64,000 bases of DNA, taken from positions 250,887 through 314,886 of the IMG/VR virus record IMGVR_UViG_3300025121_000282. The stretch is one strand, 5' to 3'. Below the pieces are notes generated by a model. That model ran no database searches and was not told where the DNA came from. It worked only from the letters and a program-made list of their open reading frames with translations. A program made the position numbers and the translations under genes. Position 1 is the stretch's first letter. Each line of letters opens with the position of its first letter. Of this stretch, positions 37,796 through 46,800 are shown one piece after another.

Positions 37796-39499
37796 CTAAA
37801 CTCTCCTAACCCACTTGGTTTTTGGCACCTCTGATACTGTACAGAGACCGGTATACTCTACAAACTGTCGTTCTGTCATATGGTTTGACAGTGCTTGATC
37901 ATACACAGTACGTTTGTGTATGTATCTCACTGTGACTGGGTCAAAATAATGATACGATTCCCCGGTCTGGCCCGCTTCAATAAAACTACAGGCTTTGTAC
38001 AAGCCACCAGAATCACCAACATTGGGGTCAGAAAATGAAACCAGTAACTTTAGCTTTGGGCTTTCTGATTTATAGGCACCAATTAACTTAGACATACAGT
38101 AAGAAGATAGATTATTCACATCCAGTCCAGACCTTACGCAAAACCGTCTAATCTCTCTGACACTACCTGGATTCAACTTACCCAGCCCCAGTTGCTCTGC
38201 GGTTTTTTTGACAGTTCCGTGTCGGGTTACACCACCAAATACCAGCAAACACACCAATGTGTCCTTAAAATAAGCCCCATAGGGAGAGGCTGCTGTCCCC
38301 AAAGTGCCCAAGTAATGATTGGTGGTTAGAAACACGTGGGCTTCTTTTAACGGAACAGGTCTAAACTCCAAGTCCGACAACTGAAATTGTATTGGTTCTT
38401 CAATGGCTCGCAAAATGTGATAGTCCAACACTTTACGAAGTCTTCCCAGATGCAGTTCATGCTCCCATAACCACACTAACTTATACTTTGAATACTTTTC
38501 TATGTATGTAGCTTTGGCCTTATCTCTGGGTGTTCCAGAGTACCCGTTGTCTTTAAAATTGTGAAGATAATCACCATGGGTCTCTATCAACAAATTGCAT
38601 AATGGTACATAAAAATCAAACGAGTATGGGCCCACCGTGAAACTGCGTTCGAATGGAACCTTATAGTGGGACTCCAAAATGGAGGCTACTATCCTTTCTG
38701 TAGTAGGGTTCTGTAATTTCTCTTTGACACCCGGGATGTCAAAACCAGATTCTGACCCGTATAATTTCAGTAAGGTAGTTCTGCGTTTAATGGCTTTACA
38801 TTTGGCAGACCCACAGGTTAACGGGTGGGCCTGGGTGTAATACGACATCTTGGTTTCAGAGGTATTGTCACACACATAACACTTATAAATTATGGTCTTT
38901 TCACACAGTGGGAATATTTTCGTGGCCTTGTACCCAAATTTAACAAACGTGGCATCGTCATCAGCCCATGCATAGTCTGGGGGCTTTCGTTTCGACAACC
39001 AAAAGTCATGCTTACTTTGTGTGGATTCTTCGCGAATCCAAGTAGCAGCCACAGGACTGCACAGTTTGCAGCACACTACTTTGTTGCTTCTGGATAGACT
39101 TTGCAAACTGGTAGTGTACTGCTCTAGGCAAAATTCACATACAGCTTCAACAGCTTTTTCTGACCTTGGAGACAGTGTGTCTAGGCCATACCCATGTTTG
39201 GCTATGGTCAACAAAGAGTCTGCCCCAGCGGGCCGTTTAAGTACACTTAATAAATAGTACTCTCTAGGTGTTGTTTGTTTCTGCCTTACCCAATGAGATT
39301 TTAACTGATCGCAGCCCGAACAGGCATCTGGCGGAACGCGTCCAGGTTTGGAAAACTGATATTTCTTCCTCTCAAACACTTCTAAACAGAAATCGCATTG
39401 CACCACTACAGGTTTCTTAGACTGTGGCGCTAAGTCACTGTACCGATATCCGTATTTCTCAACAGTCAAGTCATCTTGGTGCATACCTGCATTATACAC
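37796..39499 (-). CDS. PD-(D/E)XK endonuclease fused to Mom/Hef-like GNAT domain, three N-terminal Zn-ribbon repeats
   Basis: K-x-GY...S-x-K-x-V...CxxC repeats; YSFDFYV...IETHGDYLH; FLTTNHYLG...EIRRFC...SFSDPNVGDSGGLYKACSF. Confidence 0.7.
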   Translation of the reverse strand: MYNAGMHQDDLTVEKYGYRYSDLAPQSKKPVVVQCDFCLEVFERKKYQFSKPGRVPPDACSGCDQLKSHWVRQKQTTPREYYLLSVLKRPAGADSLLTIAKHGYGLDTLSPRSEKAVEAVCEFCLEQYTTSLQSLSRSNKVVCCKLCSPVAATWIREESTQSKHDFWLSKRKPPDYAWADDDATFVKFGYKATKIFPLCEKTIIYKCYVCDNTSETKMSYYTQAHPLTCGSAKCKAIKRRTTLLKLYGSESGFDIPGVKEKLQNPTTERIVASILESHYKVPFERSFTVGPYSFDFYVPLCNLLIETHGDYLHNFKDNGYSGTPRDKAKATYIEKYSKYKLVWLWEHELHLGRLRKVLDYHILRAIEEPIQFQLSDLEFRPVPLKEAHVFLTTNHYLGTLGTAASPYGAYFKDTLVCLLVFGGVTRHGTVKKTAEQLGLGKLNPGSVREIRRFCVRSGLDVNNLSSYCMSKLIGAYKSESPKLKLLVSFSDPNVGDSGGLYKACSFIEAGQTGESYHYFDPVTVRYIHKRTVYDQALSNHMTERQFVEYTGLCTVSEVPKTKWVRRV

Positions 39500-39592
39500 A
39501 AAAGTGTGGCACTAACGGCAAGGGTGCTATACATTAAAAATTACTTCGTACTTGGTTGTACAATACCATCAGACCCACAACAGGAAGACACA

Positions 39593-39853
39593 ATGAATAA
39601 GTTTGACATTGTCGATGCTATCATGCAACCGCACAACATTAACTTTTCTTTTGCCAAAGGGGAGGTAGTGGCTTGTCTAACTTATCCAGGGCAGAACACT
39701 GTGGGGGGCATACCCATGGTGTTAAAACTTGAGACGAGCGGCCACAACTTTATGGTACAACCATTTGCGGCTGGAACAACCAAAGAAGAGGTTAAGGCTA
39801 GACTTTGTGATCAGGTAGACAGACTGTTTATGGCCATTGCCGATATTTTATAA
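39593..39853 (+). CDS. Hypothetical protein (86 aa)
   Basis: AGGA SD before ATG 39593. Confidence 0.5.
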   Translation: MNKFDIVDAIMQPHNINFSFAKGEVVACLTYPGQNTVGGIPMVLKLETSGHNFMVQPFAAGTTKEEVKARLCDQVDRLFMAIADIL

Positions 39854-39881
39854 TTTTGTTAGTATAATTAATAGAGCCTTA

Positions 39882-40448
39882 TTAAACTACCGCCACATTG
39901 GTGTGCGAGAAGAAGCTTCTGTTATTTTTGTCGTCTATCCCGATAGATATAATTTGGTCTGTTGGAATGTTTTTGTCTACTATAAGCCACGCACCCCACA
40001 TTCTTCCCATCCCACCTGCTCTGAGTACGTCGAGTCGAGTCTCAATTTCCAAGTCTTCTCGACCGAACCTCCTCACACCAGCATAAACCTTAGCTGACAT
40101 TACTAGCCCCTCAGTAATTGCACCAATGTTTTCGTGCCCCTCCAGTATTGACTGAATCACACCGCTAGTTAGTGGGGGCACAAAAACCAGTCCACTTTCT
40201 ACTGCCACAGAACTCTTCGCTGCTTGTGCCAGTGCGTCTGCAGCAAGATCTTTTAGGCTGTTTACTTGTGCAACCAATCGTTCAGTGTATACTGCTTCGT
40301 TCACATTGGGTACCAAAGCATCAAAAATCGGGCCAACTACTTCGGCCACGCCTTCGGGGAGTCCAGCTTGTTCAATAGAGTCCGCCAGGGCAGACAGCTG
40401 ACTCGACTTTATGCGGAGCATAGAAACCATTTTATTTATACTAGACAC
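39882..40448 (-). CDS. Hypothetical protein; C-terminal half resembles a major capsid protein A-domain segment
   Basis: GGAGAG SD, GTG start; VMSAKVYAGVRRFG...GRMWGAWLIVDKNIP resembles the M(N/S)..Y..LR...G.LWG..I..S..IP pattern of HK97-fold capsids. Confidence 0.5.
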   Translation of the reverse strand: MSSINKMVSMLRIKSSQLSALADSIEQAGLPEGVAEVVGPIFDALVPNVNEAVYTERLVAQVNSLKDLAADALAQAAKSSVAVESGLVFVPPLTSGVIQSILEGHENIGAITEGLVMSAKVYAGVRRFGREDLEIETRLDVLRAGGMGRMWGAWLIVDKNIPTDQIISIGIDDKNNRSFFSHTNVAVV

Positions 40449-40584
40449 GGGGCTCTCTCCATCTTTGTTGCGTAGACACTATTAATTTTACATTTGTGGG
40501 CCCCAAATAACAACTCCTATGGTGCACTTCTAAATACAGATTGACAAGCAGGTGTGGTACACAAATTATTTGTTGGAGGGTTAC

Positions 40585-41649
40585 ATGTCTAATTTAGATT
40601 TCGATCTAGTAAAACACACAATAGTCATGACGAGAGGTGGGTCTGTCTCTTATGGAATGGCTACGCCCACCTCGGATTTAGACATCAAGGGTATTTTTAT
40701 ACCCCCAGAAGAGTATACCCTAGGGTTTTATCTAAATTGTGAAACCATCAATAAGAACGAGGATTTAGAACTGTTTAGACACTTGTTAAATCAAGATAGT
40801 CTCAGGTATGTTGACAATGGCCTTGAGGGGTCTGTTTATTCATTAGTAAAATACTTATTCTTAGCCGCCAAGGGAAACCCAAACATACTGGAAGTACTGT
40901 TTTGCGAAGAGGAAGATGTAATACACACCTCTGAGGAGGGTGAGATTCTTCGTGAGCACAGAGGTCTATTTTTAACCCAAGTTGTTAGACACCAATACGT
41001 TAGATATGCAATGGCTCAACTTGAAGATATTAAACGGCACAAGTCGTATTTGCTTAACCCCATAAAAAACAAGCCCACCCGATCTGATTTTGGGCTACCT
41101 ACCCAGCCTGCAATTAAGAAACACAAACTCGGGCTAATTGAAGCTGCAATTAAAAAACAGACAGACAGAGGGTACACTAGAGACCAAGCATTAAAAATTT
41201 TGGTAACGTACCCTGAGTACGAGAAGGACTTAAGTACACCAAACTTTATTGCAAATCTAAATGGGGAGGCTGCTTATACCAGTGCCGCCACTACATACAC
41301 ACGTCAGCAGCTTCATTGGGAAAATAGAAACGCAAAAAGGGCAGCATTAGAGGCAAAGTATGGATTTGATACTAAACACACCTCACATGTTGTTAGGCTA
41401 CTAAAAACGGGGCATGAGATTTTAACTCAAGGGAAGTTAACAGTCCGCAGACCAGATTTCGAGGAATTGTTGGCTATCCGTGCTGGCTCATGGAGTTATG
41501 AGGAAGTAATGACTTGGGCCAATGACATGGTAAGAAAAATAAATTATGACTCTTTGGATTCCCCAATTCCATTAGAGCCGGATATGGTGGCTATCAACAA
41601 TTTGTGTGTAAGATTACACAAGATGTTTTACAAAAAGTTGGGATTTTGA
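40585..41649 (+). CDS. Pol-beta superfamily nucleotidyltransferase (RlaP/YcgL-like)
   Basis: GSVSYGMATPTSDLDIKGIF, GNPNILEVLF, YGFDTKHTSHVVRLL, LLAIRAG; GGAGG SD. Confidence 0.85.
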   Translation: MSNLDFDLVKHTIVMTRGGSVSYGMATPTSDLDIKGIFIPPEEYTLGFYLNCETINKNEDLELFRHLLNQDSLRYVDNGLEGSVYSLVKYLFLAAKGNPNILEVLFCEEEDVIHTSEEGEILREHRGLFLTQVVRHQYVRYAMAQLEDIKRHKSYLLNPIKNKPTRSDFGLPTQPAIKKHKLGLIEAAIKKQTDRGYTRDQALKILVTYPEYEKDLSTPNFIANLNGEAAYTSAATTYTRQQLHWENRNAKRAALEAKYGFDTKHTSHVVRLLKTGHEILTQGKLTVRRPDFEELLAIRAGSWSYEEVMTWANDMVRKINYDSLDSPIPLEPDMVAINNLCVRLHKMFYKKLGF

Positions 41650-41651
41650 GT

Positions 41652-42155
41652 ATGCTGGACAAAATACTTGATTCTATAAAGTCGGATAGCGTATTGCACT
41701 GTGCCATGAGCACTCCAGAAATTCGTGCACGTATCAGTCCGCACATGGACGACTCAGCTACAATCGTTGTGTGGCTCAAAGAGAAGAACGAGATTTTCAA
41801 CACCCCATCAGCACTTGAGACGTGTGCTTTGTTTGTTATGTCTGTTTTAGACGAACCTAGATGGTTGGAGAAAGTAGCGATCAGAATAACGCTTATAGAT
41901 GAGGACGGCGAGGTTGTTTCTTCCCATTCCAGACCGTTAACTCCGGTAGGAGACAAGCCAGATGGCTATTACGAATCAGACCCAATACCCGACAAGCCAA
42001 ACTTTGACGTAGAGGATATGCTAAGAGATCATGTGGCCAGACATGTCATGGCCGAATTGGGGTGTGATACCGATTTTGTGTTAGACCACTATGTTGAGGT
42101 GCTTCAGGAAGAATTTTGGAAGAAACCAGTATCTCAAGACAAGGAACCAGTATGA
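41652..42155 (+). CDS. Acidic hypothetical protein
   Basis: In operon between NTase and exonuclease. Confidence 0.55.
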   Translation: MLDKILDSIKSDSVLHCAMSTPEIRARISPHMDDSATIVVWLKEKNEIFNTPSALETCALFVMSVLDEPRWLEKVAIRITLIDEDGEVVSSHSRPLTPVGDKPDGYYESDPIPDKPNFDVEDMLRDHVARHVMAELGCDTDFVLDHYVEVLQEEFWKKPVSQDKEPV

Positions 42156-42694
42156 AGAACCAGTATGTATTTTCTTTTGATGTAGAGAGTGTTGGGCTGT
42201 GGGGTCCATCTTTTGCTGTAGGCTGGGTGCTATTCTCACCTTTGGGTGCTGCCTTGTCATCTGGTATACTAGCCTATGACCCAAAGTTGTGTCCACCTAC
42301 TTATTCTTTTGCAGACGAGGAATGGGTTGCCACCAATATACCTCCACTTCCATATAAGTGTAATTCTTTATTTGAAGTGACATCTAAGTTCGAACAAACC
42401 TTACGAGAAGTGCAGTCGTTTGTATTAAATCAGAACCCATACGGATACATCTTGTATTTGGCTGATTGTCCACACCCGGTGGAGACAAACTTTTTACGAG
42501 AATGCCATCAACACTTTCCAGTTACAAATACAATAATGCACCCTCTTGTTGACTTGGGGTCAATCAGACTAGCTAAGGGGTTAAATCCTACAAGTGTAGA
42601 GCCTAGACTGCCACTTGAACTGCCCATCCACGACCCAAGGTGTGACGCTTTGCAGTCTGGGAGGCTATATTTTGAGGCTATGCGTCGGGGATAA
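42152..42694 (+). CDS. DEDDh 3'-5' exonuclease (Rv2179c/DUF5051-like exoribonuclease)
   Basis: FSFDVESVG, WVATNIPPL, HDPRCDA; ATGA coupling. Confidence 0.7.
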   Translation: MKNQYVFSFDVESVGLWGPSFAVGWVLFSPLGAALSSGILAYDPKLCPPTYSFADEEWVATNIPPLPYKCNSLFEVTSKFEQTLREVQSFVLNQNPYGYILYLADCPHPVETNFLRECHQHFPVTNTIMHPLVDLGSIRLAKGLNPTSVEPRLPLELPIHDPRCDALQSGRLYFEAMRRG

Positions 42695-42698
42695 ACCA

Positions 42699-43157
42699 CT
42701 ACTTGGGGAGCTTACTTAACAAGTCTCCCACTTTTATACCACTATCGTCTTTAATTTTTACTACATAAACTTGTGGTTTTATGCTAATCACTTGAGACAC
42801 ATGCTTGTCTTCTATACCGACTGGCAACGCAATGTCTACTTTGTTTCCATTGTCTGTAATAGTGATCTTTTCTTTGTCTCTTAGGGGATTTTTAGATAAT
42901 TCTATTGGGTGCGTTTTGATTTCAACCCAATACTTGGCGTCAGGAGCACCCACAGGCACGGGTCTAACTGGTTCGGATTCTAAAATTATGTCTAGTGGGT
43001 CTGTGTAGTCTCGTATTTTTAAAAGTTTCTTTATTATACCGCCAAAATTTAAAACGTCAGATTGACCTAATACCACACAAAACAGCGCCACAAGTACGAA
43101 TAATACGAGTGGCGCTGCCATTACCAACCAGCGAGGTAGTCTTTTTAGTACTTCCAA
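42699..43157 (-). CDS. Membrane-anchored hypothetical protein
   Basis: N-terminal hydrophobic helix (WLVMAAPLVLFVLVALFCVVLG); in holin cluster. Confidence 0.6.
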   Translation of the reverse strand: MEVLKRLPRWLVMAAPLVLFVLVALFCVVLGQSDVLNFGGIIKKLLKIRDYTDPLDIILESEPVRPVPVGAPDAKYWVEIKTHPIELSKNPLRDKEKITITDNGNKVDIALPVGIEDKHVSQVISIKPQVYVVKIKDDSGIKVGDLLSKLPK

Positions 43158-43158
43158 T

Positions 43159-43437
43159 TCACTTGATGCTGTTTAATACAGATGCAAGTTTATTTAGCGA
43201 AACATCAATGCTTGTGGGAACAGAGGCGATCTTGTACTTTTCAAGTAAAACCTTTTGTGCTGCCTCAAGTGTGTTCTCTGCATTTTCAACAGCACGATGC
43301 ACGTTGCCCAAAAAGGAATCCCCTGCATTTCCCTTTTTAGCTTCCTCTAGTCCTAGCTTCAACGATTTTAGCTGAACTAGAATTTCAGAAACCTTGGCTT
43401 TGGCAGAATTGGGGGTGAGTGCTGTTTTGGTGCTCAT
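43159..43437 (-). CDS. Small helical hypothetical protein
   Basis: ATGA coupled; KTA/KIA/KLA motifs. Confidence 0.55.
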   Translation of the reverse strand: MSTKTALTPNSAKAKVSEILVQLKSLKLGLEEAKKGNAGDSFLGNVHRAVENAENTLEAAQKVLLEKYKIASVPTSIDVSLNKLASVLNSIK

Positions 43438-43802
43438 TTGGCGCGAGCCTTATTTAACTGGGCTTCTATGACGGCTTCAAGGCTGTGTACGTGGCTGTCC
43501 ACCCACTCATCCATGCCGGCCTTCTTGGCCTCTTTCTTGACGTATTCGATGGCCTTCTGAAGCTTCTCTTCACTTGACGTAGGACTATCTACCTTCAACT
43601 TCTTGTGTGCGTATTCTTCCGCACTGGAAATACCAGACTTTATTAGACCTAGAAGTCTAGACTCCATCTCAGAGTCTATCTGGATCTGGAACTTGGCCTC
43701 AATTACTTTAACCAGCTGGCGTCCCAAAACTGTTAAAACTCCTGCCACAATCATCACCACTACAGGAAGCAGGTTGTCCAGCATTATCTTTAGGTATTCC
43801 AT
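43434..43802 (-). CDS. Putative holin (LL-H-like)
   Basis: Single N-terminal TM helix then AEEYA...EEKLQKAIEYV...IEAQL pattern; AAGGAG SD. Confidence 0.55.
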   Translation of the reverse strand: MEYLKIMLDNLLPVVVMIVAGVLTVLGRQLVKVIEAKFQIQIDSEMESRLLGLIKSGISSAEEYAHKKLKVDSPTSSEEKLQKAIEYVKKEAKKAGMDEWVDSHVHSLEAVIEAQLNKARAK

Positions 43803-43837
43803 TATTAACTCCTTTAACCAAATTTGGTATAAAAGTA

Positions 43838-46800
43838 TTAGGCCAACTGATTGTTTCGGTTTGGTAGAGCTACCAATGGATGCCCTTTGATACGGTACCT
43901 GTCCACAGCCGAAAATCCTTCCCCAACACCGTTGTGCCCGATTCTGGAGTGTAAGTTCTTTAGTACAGAACTAGATACAGTATTATATTCTACGCTAGTA
44001 GACACCACAAGTTGGAGTTCACCACCCCGATGTATAACCACTCCGTCATGTTGTTCTTCTACTGTTCGCACCAAGCATGCAATACCTACTAGAACCGGGG
44101 ATAACGAGTATGTTTCTTTCGGTGTTTCCAGCGTCGCTGCATCCACAGTTATGGGGCCATAATTACCATTTCTTCTGATCAAAGAACCAGTGTCACCTCT
44201 ATAAGTACGAAATTGGGTACCCATGGTATCCGTATTTACACCCTTAGACAAGACCATGGTGGCCCCAAAACCCGGAACCATGACGGTCTGCGGGTCGCTA
44301 AAGTCAATACTGTCCCTGTCGGTTTGGGCTTGAGATGACACTATCCTGCTCAGCACATTTATTGCAAAATTAGACAACTTTCCATCAAATTTATAGTCTT
44401 GTCCCACAAAGTTCTTGTCTAAAAATAAACGACCCATGGGCAGTCTGGTTGTAGCCCCAGCGTACCTTGGGTGAATAAACGACCCATAATCACCTCCAGC
44501 CACCCCCACAAAATTTATCGGCAAATCTTCACTCTGGATGTCATACTCATATGCAGAATCCAGAATCGACCATTTTTCTACTACGGTATTGCCGTTGAAT
44601 CCAGCTATTCTTCCCGTGCCCAAGGTTGTAGCAAAACAAATAGAATCCATTACCTCAAACGACACAGGCTCAACCAAGTCTGTGTATGTGTCTGTTGTAG
44701 AGATAGCAGTACGACCTGCTACCGAGATAGCACCTCTGCGGTCCACTTTGTCATACGTGCCAGTTATAGGGTCTCCTTGGTATGGCCTACGTGTGTAAGT
44801 GACAGCAATGTCTGCTTCTTTATTCCCAGCAGAGCCTCTAACCGGTCCAGGGGTGACTAGGTACACATCCCCGTTTTCCAAAAGTCTATCAGCCCACACA
44901 TCACTATCCACAACCCCACCCGGGGCGCCTTGTCTAACTACAAGCTTTTGACTTGTGGCATAACCCTCTGTGGACCCCACCAAGAATCCTCTGCTAAAAC
45001 CGAAACAAGTAGCTTCCACTACATACTTACCAGAATCAAACGAAGCAATGGCATTTGGCGATCTAGTAATGTCTACCATCGATTCATCTAAAACGAAAGT
45101 CCCATCTTCCTCGGCATCAAGCCAGTACCAGAGCGGGACACCCTCACAGTCGTCCCTTAACAAGTTCACGGCTTTTCCTACGGTGCTACTAAGGGGCTCT
45201 CTTGTAGTCTCGTCTGTAGATGTTCCGTTGTCTCTAAAGTCTCCAACCTCGTATACCGCCCACAACCTAGCAATACCGTGGAATGTCGAGAACTGAATAC
45301 CAGACCTACCCCACGGAGTTTGGGAAGCAGTTACAACTCTGCACCCAATTCTCTTATTCTCTACGTCTACACCAACTTGTCTATTAAATCCCGTGGCTAC
45401 AGGGACATCGTCGACAGTATGAGTCATAAAAGTGACCCAAGTACTGCCTGAGGTGGCATAATCAAGGATGCCTGAGTTTACAGTTTGGCTGCTTCTAGCT
45501 TGCACAAAACAATTGATACCACCTGAATAAACAAAATTACCATCATTAGTGGGGTAGCGTGTGCCGTACTGTACCGGATACACCGGAACGTCAATTCCCA
45601 CATACGGTTTGCTTGTGTGTATTATAGTCGGGAAAATACCGGGCGGAATCTCTATACTTCGAGTATTGTCCCAGATGCCAAGGGGGTCGTGTGCATCCTT
45701 GTTAGGAAAAGACCCCGTACTCGGGTCTTCAGTTATAGGCATTGTGGCATATGTTATTACCTGTAATGGGTATAACTTTATTTGCTGCCAGGGCGTAAGC
45801 ATGAAGGTCTTTGACCCGGGGTCCACATAACAAGCTGTCAGAGTGGGTTGGTCATTTTCATAATAATTGGTGTGTACACTATGGTGCATCTGTATAGGCT
45901 GAGTTTTAGTTATAATGTTATTTCGGGGCAACAATAAATCTTTGTGCCCTTCCAATATTGATACACTTAGTATCTTTTCGGGTCTTCTACTTAAACCATG
46001 TCCCCCTGTAGTTAGGGTCGTGTACCTCAAGTAGCATCTGTAACTAGAATCAAATACGGCGTCCCCTGTGGGAGCAGGTGCACCACTGATATACACACAC
46101 ATGTCCTCATCATAGGCGAATGGGGAACTGCTCGATGGGCTTATTGGCGTATCTATTATGGCAGTGCTGGCATCAATGTTATAAGCTAATAGCGTGGCAT
46201 CCGCTGAGGACCCAGTACCATAGTATGTGTTTTGTGTGTGCTCAGTTGTAAGCCCGTCTGTCCAAATGGACACTAGCTCTTCATTTACGCCCCTCCCCGG
46301 ATATTGTCTACTATCCGAAAGAGGAACTAGAGTGATGGGAGTTGGGCCTCCTGGAAACACAAACCTGTTTTGAGCACCCCCAACATTGTGTGGATATATA
46401 CGAACTCTTATAACGTCACCGTTGGAAAACTTATTTGCCACTGTTTGTTTTATGATATTTATGGCATGGGCATCTAACGTGTAATTTGAGTCTACTGCGC
46501 TAACATCGTCCCCTACATTTACTATGGCAGTATGCGGCTTTAGGGCCACCACATGGTGTCGCCAGGGAGTTGCAGCATCGGACCAAACAGTACGCAAGCC
46601 ATTGGCACTTTCCCCTATAGAATACGCACCCGGCATGTCTTGATCGTCATCAGAAAACCGGTCGGTAGACACTAACAGAGGGCCAACACAAGAAGAATCT
46701 TGTTGATCCATCTTCCAAGTGGAATCCAAATTTCCACCCATAAGATCCATAAAAGTACTTATCAATAAGTTGCGGTCGGTATTCGTGTTTACAGTATGTC

